Assembly (NCBI RefSeq): GCF_009914755.1
Contig: NC_060929.1
Source of the DNA: the human T2T-CHM13v2.0 reference genome, Homo sapiens
Reading direction: 5' to 3' (one strand)
DNA length: 64,000 nucleotides
A model generated the notes under the pieces. It searched no databases and was not told the origin of the DNA. It was given only the letters and a program-made list of their open reading frames with translations. This document shows, piece by piece, positions 11,658-30,896 of the stretch (positions within the stretch are counted from its first letter, which is position 1; each line of letters starts with the position of its first letter). Made by a program: the position numbers and the translations under genes.

Positions 11658-12035
11658 GGTCCTGGCTATCTTTGCTCTTTGATGAAACATTCGTTTTCAC
11701 AAAATCTCTTCCTGAAAGAAAAGTAACCCTTTTATTGTGGTGAAAAACAATGTTTCTGAGGTGAAAAGTTGAGGGTCTTCTCCCCAGTGGGGGAAATACG
11801 GTTATAAAAAAGGAGTCCAGCCAAGCATGTCTGTCTTCCTAAGGAACTAGTCTTCACTAAACAGTGTTTTTCTGAGTTACGGCCTGGAGTAAAACAGTAG
11901 GAAAATGAGAATAAAAAGGGCTGCATGATGGGAGGTGTGAAACCCCACTCTAATGGGATTAATGGAGAGGCTATTGAGTCTTTATTTGATAACTTAACAC
12001 GAATTAATCAAAATTAATTCTAATCAGATGCATTT

Positions 12036-12058
12036 CTTTTTTTTTTTTTTTTTTTTTT
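12036..12058. repeat. Poly(T) tract
   Basis: About 22 consecutive T. Confidence 0.9.
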
Positions 12059-14154
12059 GCAAATAGTTGCAAAAGGACTGAACAATGAGAAAATGGGGGC
12101 AGAAGATGTGGAACAGTATTTTAGGAATTTGGTATTGAATGATAAGATAGATACTTACAACAGTGAATGGGGAAAAGAGGGGCAGGGTAATGTTTCAGAT
12201 TTGTTGAGTTTTCTTGTCCTTTGACTTATCTTTCTTAATCTCTGCACGTTTCACTCATTTTACACATTTACCTGGAACCTAAACCCTGAGGTTAAAACTA
12301 TAACCCTGTTTGGCTGCTCATAGTTTTAATTTTAGAAAAAAAAAGATGAATCTCTCTAGACAGGCAGAATATACATATTCAAATGGTTTTCCTTGAGCTC
12401 TCTGCTATGTTTGTTGTGGTCAAACATTGTTTCCTAGTCAAAATCCCTTCTCAAGAGTCCTCTGGAAACAACTACACATTTTAGGAATACAATGTGTTCC
12501 TGAAATGAGTCTTACCTGCCCTCCCTCCTCTGCCTGGGGATGTCTTCCATCAGCTGGGAGTTGTGTGTCACCTGGATGTGGAAGAAACACAGGAGCACAT
12601 TTTGGAAGCATTCATCAACAGCAAGTGGGGTTAAAAATCCCAGAAGATGAGCAGAGCTCCCGACAGTCACTGTGGGCAGAGGCAAGAACCGGAGTCCAGG
12701 AAAATACTGTAACCCATGCAATCACCTTGAGACAGAAAAGAACTCAGAGTGAGTGAGCATGAGCAAGCGTGGCCTGGAAGAAATTGGGGAGGAAAATAAG
12801 AAGGCAGTGTTGGGAAGCACTCAGGTGTGCCTGGAACCACGGCTTATTCCATCTGGGTCCCATGAAATCTGTGGGAGGAAGGGGCTTTTACAATTTCTAC
12901 TTTACAGAATTGGTGAGAGCCAGGACCGAAGCCCAGGTCCAGCTGAGCAGGCAGGGGGTTGCTGACCACAGGGCTCAGCCGCCTCGGGGATGGGGCCAGG
13001 TCAGCGACAGTGAGGCAGGAAATCACGCCAGGGCATTGTACTTTGCAATACCTGGACCCAGGTACCTGCCTCCATCATCGCTTTGCCCCAGTGACCTGTG
13101 GCTCCCTGGTTGCTGTGGCTTCCTGTTGAGTTGACGTCACCCCTGGTTCTTTAAAATGGGCCATTCACACTCTGACACTCCCCATCCACGCCGCTCCCCA
13201 GGTCTCTGCCAAGATTCTGATAGATGGAAGTGTACACCCTGGCCCAAGGTTACATCCTTGTGTGGTCCAAAGGGGACGAGTGTCCTGAACACCTGCCCCC
13301 GTCATTTGGAGTCCAGACAGGCAAACATGAGACTTAACACCAGGATATGGTTAAACCAGTGCTGGGATGGCTGAGAGGTCAAACAGGGCACTGAGAAGCA
13401 ACCCAGAGCTCTAAGCAACAGCAAGGCCATTACCCACCAGCCTGGAAAGCAAAGGAAAGAGTCTTGTCGCTGGCATCAGAGTCAGGGGCCATCCTGGGAA
13501 ACCGGGCCCACTGGCTGGCTGTGGCCCCTCCCAGCCTCCTGAACCTGCAGTTCTCCGGCTTCCACAGGTGGGTGGGGGCCAATTCCTCTCCCGAGCCACC
13601 TTCTCCTAGTTCTTGGTGTCTCTGCTTCCCCGAGTGGGCTCTGACTGGCTGGCAGCCCCTCCCTCTGCCCCAGGGCTGCCTTCTCTGCATGAGAACAAGA
13701 CTTGCCAGGCCCCCGGCCCCTCTCTGACATGCGCAGGTCCCAGGCCATGGGTAGCCCGTGGGGAGTCTGCAGCCGGGGAGAGCCCAGCGCTCCGAGGGAG
13801 GGACTTCTCTGGCTTCTGCATCGCTGGCCCCTAGAGTCACCTTTGCTGTCCCTGGATTCCTGGCCTCGTCCTGCTGAGAAACACAGGGACTGACCCCTGT
13901 CTCCACTTCCACATTTGGGGACACGGCAGCAGTGGAAGAGAAGGTCTAGCCTTTCACCTCCCTTGGAACCACGACCCAGCTGGGGCTTTGAGACACTTCT
14001 TCCAGATGGCGCGTTCTAATCAAGTTGTGTCTCTGGCCCAGCAATGAGCCCCATGCCTCGGTCTGCTCTTGTTCCCAAGTTCAGCCCAAGCCTTACCAAG
14101 GCAAGTGTGGGTTTGTGTGTCTGCCAATGCCTATGTATCTAAGCTCCTTTAAAA

Positions 14155-14348
14155 CAGGGGTGGCAGATTTTTTCCATAAACAGCTGGGTGTTGTAGGTCC
14201 TGTGGTCTCTTGGGCAGCTACTCAGCCCTGCCATTGTGGCGTGAAAGTAGCCACAGATGCTGTGCCACAGATGGCGTGGCTGAGTCCCAATAAAGCTTTA
14301 TTTACAAAACAGGAAGCCAGCCTAGGCCAATGTCTACCGTCACCCCCT
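14155..14348 (+). mobile_element. MER58A-like hAT-Charlie DNA transposon relic
   Basis: cagggg(t)ggcagatttttt...ctactcagccctgccattgtggcgtgaaagtagcca...ggcgtggctgagtcccaataaagctttatttacaaaacagg matches recalled MER58A; orientation nominal. Confidence 0.8.
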
Positions 14349-15234
14349 CCCACCTCATTAGAATCAGGGAACTGAGGGTGGGCCCCCTGAGGAGATTTCA
14401 ATTCTCAGAAAATCAGGAAGAATTTAGTTCCAGATTGACAGTCTGAGTCTTGGCACCGCACCTAGATTTTTGACATTTCAGGCCAAATTTCTAATACAAC
14501 TCTGGATATAAAATATTAAATATTTATGAAGAGAAGAGGGTATCTGCCAAAGAACTATTTTTATATGAAGCACCAAAAAATGATTTCCTGCTGTTTCATA
14601 TAATCAAATGTCTTCACGACCCGGGAGAATGCCCGGTAGGAGGGGACGGCCGCTGCCGCCAGCCACGGCTCCCTCGTAGGGCAGCTCCCTGGTACCAAAA
14701 TCTCCTTCTGTGCCTTGGGGGAGGGCTGGGGCTCTGTGGAAAGGGATCGGTGGTCTGCTCATCTAATTTAGACATGTAGAATGATGAAGCATTAATTTAT
14801 CTGACAGGAGTTCTCCAGCCTCCTGTGTACCTATTCGGATGCTTTCCTTTTTCCAATTCCTCCTCTGTTTGGAGGGACTGTGAGCCTGGCCCTGTGAGGA
14901 GAACATGTGTATTGTGAATCTGTGCACCTCCAACCCGGCACGTCCGAGTGGGCTCACATACACACACGTGCACCAGCCCTGGAAACCGTGATAACAGCTC
15001 TCTCTTATGTGGCTCACAGGGTGTGTCTACGTGTAAGTGTCTCACACCTGCCATGAGGAGATATGGTGCATAAATCAACAACTGTATGCCTGGGAATTTT
15101 ACATGCTAATATTTTGCAGAGGTGAATTCATGTCTGCATTCCCAGAGACGTTTTCTGGATGGCCCAAGATATTCAATGACATTTATTTAATTCTGGGTGT
15201 CCATGAACAAGGGGTATGTGAATTTCATGGGTGG

Positions 15235-15455
15235 TGTCTTACTTTGGGGTCTATAACAAAATACCATGGACCAGGTGACTTTAAGACAATAAACATGTAT
15301 TTCTCACAGTTCTGGAGGCTGGAAGTGGGAGATCAGGGCACCAGCAGGGTTGGGGTCCGATGGGGGCCTCTTGCAGCTGCCGACTTCTCACTGTGTCCTC
15401 ACACTGTGGAGCAAGCAAGAGAGCTCCCGGGGCCTTGTTGGTGAGGGCACTGATC
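15235..15455 (-). mobile_element. MLT1A0-like MaLR LTR, partial
   Basis: tgtctta..ctataacaaaataccat...tatttctcacagttctggaggctggaag...ctcactgtgtcctcaca...gggcactgatc. Confidence 0.8.
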
Positions 15456-15839
15456 TTTTGTAGTAGTGGGAAATATGCCTCCTGCTCTCCAAAGACTTCA
15501 GAATTCAGTGTGGGTTCCGGCATGTGGTCAATGTTCAATACACATTTACTAAAGTAATGAATTAATCCTACATTTGGAGAAATTTTTGTCCAGTTGGGAG
15601 ACGATCTGTCTGCTTCACTGTTTACCAAACAGAAGTGCTGTGGGAAAAATGCAATGCAGACTGTTCTTTTCAGGGGGACGATCGAGGCTTTCTGGGGAAG
15701 GTGGCCATGTGGCTGCACAGAGAGGGTTGTGTAGTGCTGAGCTGTGAGGAGGCAGCGGAAAGGGCTTTGCCTGGAGAGTGAATACAGACAACCCACAAGA
15801 ACCTTGAGCAGCTGCACACAAAGGAAAGCAGTAGACATG

Positions 15840-16200
15840 TGTATTAGTCCGTTTTCACGCTGCTGACAAAGACATACCCAAGACTGGGTAATTTATAAAA
15901 GAAAGAGGTTTAGTTGGACTCACAGTTCCACGTGGCTGGGGAGGCCTCACAGTCATGGCAGAAGGCAAGGAAGAGCAAGTCACATCTTATGTGGATGGCA
16001 GCAGGCAAAGGGGGAGCTTGTGCAGGGAAACTCCCATTTTTAAAACCAACATATCTCGTGAGACTTATTCACTATCACGAGAACAGCATGGGAAAGACCC
16101 ACCCGCATGATTCAATTACCTCCGACTGGGACTGGGTCCCTCCCACAACAGGTGGAAATTCAAGATGAGATTTGGGTGGGGACACAGCTAAACCATATCA
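15840..16200 (-). mobile_element. THE1B-like solo LTR
   Basis: tgtattagtccgttttcacgctgctgacaaagacataccc...gcagggaaactcccatttttaaaacca...gggacacagctaaaccatatca; flanks ACATG and ATGTG. Confidence 0.95.
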
Positions 16201-16714
16201 ATGTGTGTGCCTGTGTCCGTGCAGTGTGCATCCATGTATGTACCCATGATGCATGTGTGTTCATGTGTGTGTATGCATGTACCAGTGATGCCTGTGTGTG
16301 CCTGTGTACACACATGTACCTGTGATGTACATGTGTGCCCGTGTGTGTGTGCATGTACCTGTGATGCACGTGTGCGCATGTACCTGTGATGCACGTGTGT
16401 GCCTGAGTGTGCATGCATGTACCCATGATGCCTGTGTATGTCTGCATGTACACACATGTACCTGTGATGCACGTGTGTGCCTGTGTGTATATATACCTGT
16501 GATGCATGTGTGTGCCTGAGTGTGCATGCATGTACCCATGAGGCACGTGTGTGCCTGTGTCTTGCTGTGTGCATATGTGTATGTACCTGTGAAGCATGTG
16601 TGTGCTGCATGTATGCATGCATGTACCAGTATGCATACATGTGCCTGTGCCTTGCTGTGTGCATGCATGTATGTACTTATGATACATGTATGTGCCTGTG
16701 CACATATGTGTGTG
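16201..16714. repeat. Degenerate TG-rich minisatellite (core GCATGTACCTGTGATGCACGTGTGTGCCTG)
   Basis: Many imperfect copies of catgtacc(t/c)(g/a)tgatgc..tgtgtgcctg; mostly alternating purine-pyrimidine. Confidence 0.9.
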
Positions 16715-17989
16715 ACTGCGCTAGTGCTTGGCTTGGAAGGCGACAGAGTGGGAGCAGTAGGGAGAGAAGGAAGGACACAACTCACATTGATTCCTGGACC
16801 ATCAAAGTAACCTTCACACCTGTAGTCACTTTCCTTAGAACTGTGTACACAGGTGGTAGAAGAGGATGCTATTTCAGAAACAAAACGTGGAGTGCTCTAT
16901 GTTTGCCCCCCTCTCCTTTAAAGACCCCTCCTAATGTCCATCACGAGTGCAGAGCAGGCTTAGTATCCAGGACCCAGAGAAGCCAGAAAGGCCCTTTCTC
17001 CAGGAGGGTATGGCAGGAGGAAGGAAGGAAACCCTGGGAAGTGGGGCCCGAGTCAGCCAGCAGCATCTTCAAGTCCCCCCGGGACCCCTAACCTCTTCTC
17101 CCTCCGTGCTCAGTGGGCAGGGTCTCCTTTAGGGGAGGGGCCTCATGTCATCCCATCCTGCCCCACATAGGCTGTGGTCACAGCTTCACTCCACAGCCAG
17201 ACACACCCACAGCCCATGGGCTCCACACTCCATTATTAGAAAAATAATTATGCATGTCTTGGCCAAACTCCAAGCGAGCTGTCCAAAGTGGGCCTTCTAA
17301 TTAGCATGATCTCTAATGCCACCAGAGGAAGAGCTGATTTTGCATTCCTGGAGATGCAGTCATCTGGAATCATCACAGAAAAAAAATGCCTGAGATTTTG
17401 TCTTATTGCAAAATTCAGGAGTGTAATTCCAACTTACTGTGGAAATAAAACGTATCTTAAGTTATGAAGGAGTTTAATCAAGACATAACCTTAGGCTTTC
17501 AGTAAGTGAATCGTTCTGGCCGCTGTATTCCCGGCCCTGTGACATGGGCTTGCCCGACGTTTCCCTTGTCATCACTTTTGCACCATTCAGCTCACTGTAC
17601 AGAAACATGCACGTGTCCACACATAGGAACACGCACCCACGTACACGCACCAGCTCTTAAAAATATACATATTCTGCTTCTTCTTATGTTTTTTCTAAAG
17701 GGAACTCCAGTTCCACTCCTGTTTCCGCAATCCCTGTGTGATGCCAGTAGCAGGGACGCCTGTGTCAATCACTCCCTGCCAGACAGAGGCCAAGCCACCA
17801 TGCAGTGCGGCTGTGCCTCCTTCATCCTGTGTCTCCGACACCAAAACGTGTCTCCTCATCCCTGGAGGGTGTTCAGAACATATTTATTTAATGGGCAGAA
17901 CTTTGGCCTGACTCAAGTGGATCCTATTCTTTGGCCTACTCCACCTGTGGGAGGTGTAAACATCCCACCTGACTTACTGACAGACAGCC

Positions 17990-19210
17990 GCTCTGTGTAG
18001 GAGGCTCGCCCAGCCGCAGCCTAGACCAACGTGAACCAAAAAACGGCAGCAAGCCTCATCCGCCTTGAGGCCCCAGGGCCGTTCAGCAAGTTCACAACTG
18101 ACGGGGAGTTGACGAGGGTGCAGGGGGCACTGGAGGCCTCCATTTTTTCCGCAGACGCAGCGGAAAGTGCAGAAGGCAGGGCTGCTCTATCAGGGTCCCT
18201 CCTCCTGGGCCTCCCCCCACTGCCTGATTTCTGGAAGCCTCAGTGTTCAATAATTCAGGAGAAGCGCGAATCAGCATATCTTACAGCATATTTGATGTGC
18301 AGCAAACAGACTGCAGACGGCTTCATTTCAATTTGCCCCTTTGTTGCCAATAAAAGCCCAACAAACACCGTGAGAGACCGTGCCCACCAACGCCCAGTCC
18401 CTGCGCCTCGGCTCCTCGGGAGGGGTACAGCCTCCTGCCGGCGCCCCCCTCCCCTCCATTGTTCTTTCTGTATCATTTACCTGGGATCAAGTGACTTTCT
18501 CCATCCCGAGAATAAGGGCTCGGCTCCGTTTTCAGGCCTCTTCTGATCTCCGGAGCTAATTGGCTCAGGTGTAAACCAAGCCAGCAGGGCTGGGACTTTG
18601 AAGTGAGTCAGCCGCGCAGCGCGCCCGGGAACATCCTTGTCTGCGTGTCAAATACCAGCCTGCCGGGCCCGCTGCCCAGGCCCACTAATAAAAACGCCGG
18701 CCATCGCGGGGCAGTACAAGGCTCACATCCACGCGGGTGCTTTATTGCGAGCTCGTCATTAACTTTGCAGGCTGGGCCTGGAATGCAATCCAACCCGTTT
18801 TTAATGAGAGGGGGTGTCCGTGCCCCTGTGTGCGAGTGGCTCAGGGTGACACCGGCTGTTTCTTCTCTGTATATGGAGCCACCTACGCTTTGATCAATAA
18901 TGCTGTTTCGCTTTGAAAGGGGGCTCATTTTGTAAGGATGTGGCAGAAAGGCCTACCCGCCCCTGCACCTGTGGTCTGTGTGTCCAGCACGCGCAGTGAT
19001 GGAAAGGTCAGTCCCCAGCACCCGAGGACACTTGCTGTGTTGCCCGGCACCAGCTATTCTCAGAGGCTTTAAAGAGGGCACCCCCCGCGGGGCCCACGCC
19101 TCAGTCTGTGTTTGGGTTATCAATGCAATGGCTGCTTTAAAAACAACAAAAGCAAAAAGGGCAGCTGACTCCTTCAGACTCTGATTTTGCAGATTCCCTT
19201 TGTTTTTAAT
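17990..19210. promoter_or_regulatory. Candidate enhancer-like, CpG-retaining unique segment
   Basis: No recognisable TE; locally many CpGs (gccgcgcagcgcgcccggg, aacgccggccatcgcgg); clustered TF-like motifs (see findings). Function is inferred only. Confidence 0.4.
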
Positions 19211-19593
19211 AGGCAAACCTATGGAATGGAAATGAGGTGAGGGATAATGTCCTTTCTCAAGCCTCCCTGTGACTTCCGGAAGTGTCCACATGACTTACTC
19301 ATGCTATGCATTGTGCCACAGCCGTGAGCTTCTGTTCCTGTTTCATCTCTGATCTGTGGGCTTCCGACCACCTGGATCCAGGCTGAACACACGGCTCCTT
19401 TCAGAATTGTGCGCGTTGGTTGAGTGTTTTGAGAAACTGAACATCCATTCACATAATGACGTATGTTACAGAACGGACACACGTTCTCAAGTTATCCAAA
19501 CTGTGGTCACATTGGACTTCACTCACCTTTGCCTCGGGGGCTGCAAACACCCAGGCCCTGGATACATAAATGTGCTTGCGGACATTTGGTGGC

Positions 19594-19976
19594 TGCATTC
19601 CTGTGCTTGGGCTGCCAGGACAAAACGCCGCAGATGGGGCCTTACATAAGACCTTTCTTCTCTCACAGTTCTGGAAGCTGCAACCCCAGGGTAAGGTGTC
19701 TGCAGGGCTGGTTCCTCCAGCGGCCTCTCTCCTGGGCTTGTGGACTGCATCTGTCGTCCTGGGTCCTCACAGCAGTGTTGTCCCTGCATGTCTGTGTCCT
19801 AATTTCTCCTTTCTTCTAAGGACACCACTGGATTGGATTAAGGCCTGTCTGTATAATCTCATTTTCAAGTAATTACCTCTTTAACAACTCTGTCTTCAAA
19901 TACAGTCAGCGTTTGAGGTGCTAGGAGTGAGGACGTCAAAGTGTGAATTTTGGGGGAACCGATTCAACCCATCACA
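19594..19976 (-). mobile_element. MLT1B-like solo LTR
   Basis: tgcatt...ctctcacagttctggaagctg...taaggacacca..ggatt...aaatacagtcagcgtttgaggtgctagg...gattcaacccatcaca; TSD gtggc/gtggt at 19589-19593 and 19977-19981. Confidence 0.85.
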
Positions 19977-21279
19977 GTGGTCAGAGTGGAGAAACACTAA
20001 CTGGTGAAACACAACCCAACCGTGAGGTAGTTGTGGGTTCCTTCTTCTAACAGGGGAGGACTCACACAATGGCAGGACCCAAGGAGAGGCCCTGGGTGGT
20101 GGCACCCAGAGGGCTGTATGCCTGTCCAAGTGTGGAAGGGTCCAAGTGCATGTGACTTCAGAGACCCCGAGGGACTGGGATTAAATTTTAGGGAGATTTG
20201 GAATCCTACAGCCCAAACCTCATGGATTGCCGCCTGCCTCCCGGGAAGGACGGCTGATAAACAGGGAAAGGGAACTCATTTTTCCTGTGATCTCTGTGGC
20301 TCATGGAAAGGTCCAGCTACCAACTGACTTGGCACCAGCAGCTCCTCCTGCAGCCAGGACGGGCCTTGTCTGGGCCACAGCAGCCTCGGCAGGAGGCATT
20401 GGTGGTTGTGAGCTGGTGTCTGTGGGCCGCAGCCTACTGTCACTACCTGTTTAGGATGCTGGTGTCAGAGCTGCTGATTTGGGCGCCAGCATCAGAAACA
20501 ACCCCAGGGGATGGACAGAGAAAGAGTAGGCCCCAGAGAGTCCTCCCAAGGTACTCACGTGAGGCGAGGCGTGCCAGGGACCCTCAGAGAGAGCCAGGAG
20601 GAGTTTGCCCAGGGAGGGACAATCACACTCCCTTGTGCCTATGGCCCGATCCACCCACCAATCTGGAAGACTTGGGATACAGCCTGCAAATCCTGCCCAC
20701 CACTGGACAGCTCCCGTCATCAGTGTTATGTCAAAAGCATATTTTCCTCTTTAGTTGTGGCAGAGGGATGGAGAATCCCAGGCCACTGGGCCCCTTTTCC
20801 TTGGCAGTCCTGCTCCCACGCGAGAAGATGCTGCATTTCCGGCGGTTGTGTGCGCCTCGGCTTGCCTGTCTGCCTTCCGACTCCTCGCAGTTTGAGATGA
20901 GGAGAGGGGAAGGTGGCAGTAAAGAAGCAGTGAGTAATTATGATGCAGAAATTAGAAATGTCTCTGGAGACACAGGCACAATAAAAACAAAATAAAATAC
21001 ACTCCCAGGAGAAACAGCTCTGCGCAAAAACACGAGAAACCTTGGTGGAGAATCTCCAGAGAACCAGAAATAAGGAGGTGTCAAAGAACAGAGACTAATG
21101 AAAATTTACTTTGTATAGCACTTTGCTTTGCTTTCCTATTGGTAGAGAGAACACATATTGCTGTTCCTATGAGAACTGCTTATGTAGAGCATTCAAACTC
21201 AAAAGTCAGCAGGATCTAACTGAAAGATTCAGTGGGGGCTACATGGAAACTAAAATGCACACACACACACACACACGTA

Positions 21280-21725
21280 ATGAACTGAAGTTCTGACATG
21301 AATGTTCGTTGATCTTTTATTTACATTAATAAGACAAAAGTGAAACAGCGGAAACATATGCTGGGACTTGTTCATCAATGCAACAATGAGAGCAACTTCT
21401 TTGCTGAATTTTGCGGTAGCTTTTGAATATTGAAAGAATGCTTCCTTAGTTTTCTGTGCCATTCACAATGTAATAGCTGTAGAAACACCACATCTTAAAG
21501 TTATATCTGCGTTATTGCCATTTATCCGTTACTCTTTCAAGTCTAGATGATCAAAAAACAATAAATCCAGCCTGATGCGTAGCACTTGTCAATTTTGGTA
21601 GCATGAATGCTCCCACCACGGCGGATTTCAAGACATTGCGTGGTGTCCAGTTTGGAGTTAGCTGCATGGACCCACTGTTAAGCTTCCTTCCACTCTGTAG
21701 CTGTGAGATGCAAATAACCTCAATT
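21280..21725. mobile_element. Probable hAT-Tip100 DNA transposon fragment (Arthur1/Zaphod-like)
   Basis: acttctttgctgaat...attcacaatgtaa...aagtctaga..aaaacaataaatc...ctcccaccacggcggatttcaag...aaataacctcaa resembles a recalled Tip100 consensus; family name and strand uncertain. Confidence 0.5.
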
Positions 21726-22834
21726 TAATTTTAAGTTATCCTATTGGTAGCCCTTATGAAAAATTATACAAAATTGTGATGCAAATAAAATAATTATGCA
21801 CTTGGATATTAAGAAAAACTTTATTTTCCTTCCATAAGCAATGTATTTTACATATAGTTGAGATCTTTATTATAACTGTAACTAATGCATTTTCCTCCAA
21901 CTTGCATACATTTCTCTTTCTTGGTCATTTGAATACAGATCTCATTGAAATTCTTGATGCCACTTCCTGAGCCTGCAAACTTTCCAGAGGTGCTTTGGAG
22001 ACTCGCACCTCATGCCCTCTTGACATTTCCAGGGAAAATTGTGGCCATCGTCTCAGCAAAACAGTTTAAATATCTCGTCCTCAGTTTTTAATTATTACTG
22101 AGGAAGAAAGCCTGGGGAGCCAGGAACTACTTTAAGTGTCCAACCTTACCCCAAAGCACTGCTAATTAGAGCGCCTCGTTAAATGACTGCTCTGAACACA
22201 GTGGGGATGGACGTAGGAGAGGGCACCGCAGACAAAAAGAAAAAAAAAAAAAGAATGAGCAGACGCAGCTGGAGCGTGTTACCACCATGCCCGGTTCTGT
22301 CAGGTGGTGCAGAGTTAGAATAAACATGGGGCTTTACAATGGCACATTTACATTTTAGAAAACCGTTTCACATCGAAAATAGCATCTAAGAAGGTCGTGG
22401 CACCTACGCCGCTTTCCCATATAACTGCTAAGGTTCTGGACTGTCTGCATGTTTTAATATTCAGCACCTCCTGAGACCCGAGCCCCGTGTCGGGATTGCT
22501 AGGAAATGGCAGCGAGCCCAGGCCGCAGCCTGGGCTGGCCCCGTCACAATTTGCACGTGTGTTCCACAGATCCATTAGAATGACTGTGAAGCACGGGTTT
22601 CTCCAAGTTCAGTGACGTTTGAAAGATGCTGAGTGTGTCACAAAACGGTGGTGTTCCTCAGCACCCTGAGCGGAGGTGGGAGGTGACTCATGAGATGTCT
22701 CCAGCTCGTGGAAACAGCCAATCTTCCTTGCCCGCCTTCCAGCGGACCGTCCAGAACACCAGGGACTCCGCAACGCAGGGTGCACAATGACAGTGGCACC
22801 AAGCGCGTCATGTGGCCCTTCCTGTGAGTGCTGG

Positions 22835-22915
22835 GGCGTCACAGCAACCCTGCCACTTCACAGATGGGGAGACTGAGCCAGAGAGGTCAAGGGGCGTGCT
22901 CACGGTCAGATAACG
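22835..22915 (-). mobile_element. MIR core fragment
   Basis: acagatggggagactgagccagagaggtcaaggggcgtgctcacggtca resembles the antisense MIR core. Confidence 0.6.
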
Positions 22916-23914
22916 AAATCATGAGTTTATTAGGAAGCCTGTCAGCCACCTTCCTGCCTCAGAAAGAAAGTTTTTTTGAGGACATGACTCTATGGAAATG
23001 CCCAATTCTGAACACAATGAGAACACTCATCTCCTTTCTCTGGATTTCATAAGCACAAGCCAAGGGACATGATATTTCTATTCTCAGCTCACTGTCCCTC
23101 CAGGGGCTTTGGGGACACTTTTAAAAATCACATGCAGTCCACAGGGGTCACAGATCTTACAGGGATCTTTTGGTTTTCATCATTTTATTTGTTTGTGTTT
23201 AAATATGAGCATTACCATGTGACACTGTCAAGGAATCGAAGACAAGGACCTTTGTATTGATTGCTTTGCACATAGGAGTTCAGTAAGAATGGAAATTCAG
23301 AGATGCCTGTATACGAGTCCCACCACACAGGTGTGGGCTCTACCTAGACAGAAAAAAAGCATTTGGTCATGGTGCAAAAATGACTTTTCTGGACTTCTGT
23401 GTTGCATACCAGCTGCTCTGCTGTATCCGTAGGGTTCTGTTTCTCCACATACCACCAGGACATCATTATAATGCCACACACTTCTCACCTGGCCTGGCTT
23501 CTCCTGAGGACACCATTATAATGAGTCTCCCTGCATGACTTTGCAAGGATTATTTTTTAAGAAGCTTAGAGTTCATTACAGACATTATCCTGCAAATTCT
23601 CCAAGCACCCAGAGAAGTATATTAATATATTTATTCCTCTTTTCCAAGCCACAGAGAAGAGCTTTGCCTGAGAAGGGGGTTTGTCTGTTGCCAGACTAAT
23701 GCTCAATTCAGTTCCCAGTTAATTCAACCTAAATAACCAATATGGGTGGGTGATCCCAGCCTAAAACAAGATTTCTCTAGGTATTATGTTTTGGTCTGAG
23801 ATATCCAGAATTCTTTTCACTCCCCAATGTGTGTTTTTCATATGCAGGTAACACATCAGTAATTCCTGATTCAGTGCCACTGCTTTACAACTTGTAATCA
23901 GGTTAAATATTAGT

Positions 23915-30896
<6,982 letters not shown>

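Noticed and set aside
11042-11743. 233-aa ORF (and overlapping 187- and 105-aa ORFs) as a repeat protein gene
   Set aside because: Open only because the 23-bp unit lacks stops; the same peptide cycle appears in all three frames; no gene context.
16160-17091. His/Thr- and Cys/Val-rich ORFs (also at 8503-8990 and 52569-53449) as metal-binding proteins
   Set aside because: Translations of (CA)/(TG)-rich repeats, open in most frames on both strands.
20303-20995. 230-aa ORF and similar 130-200-aa ORFs at 17506-18546, 37596-38153, 54486-54887 and 55509-56111
   Set aside because: Expected by chance in GC-rich DNA; overlapping ORFs in several frames, Pro/Gly/Ser/Arg-rich, with no domain or exon structure I can recognise.
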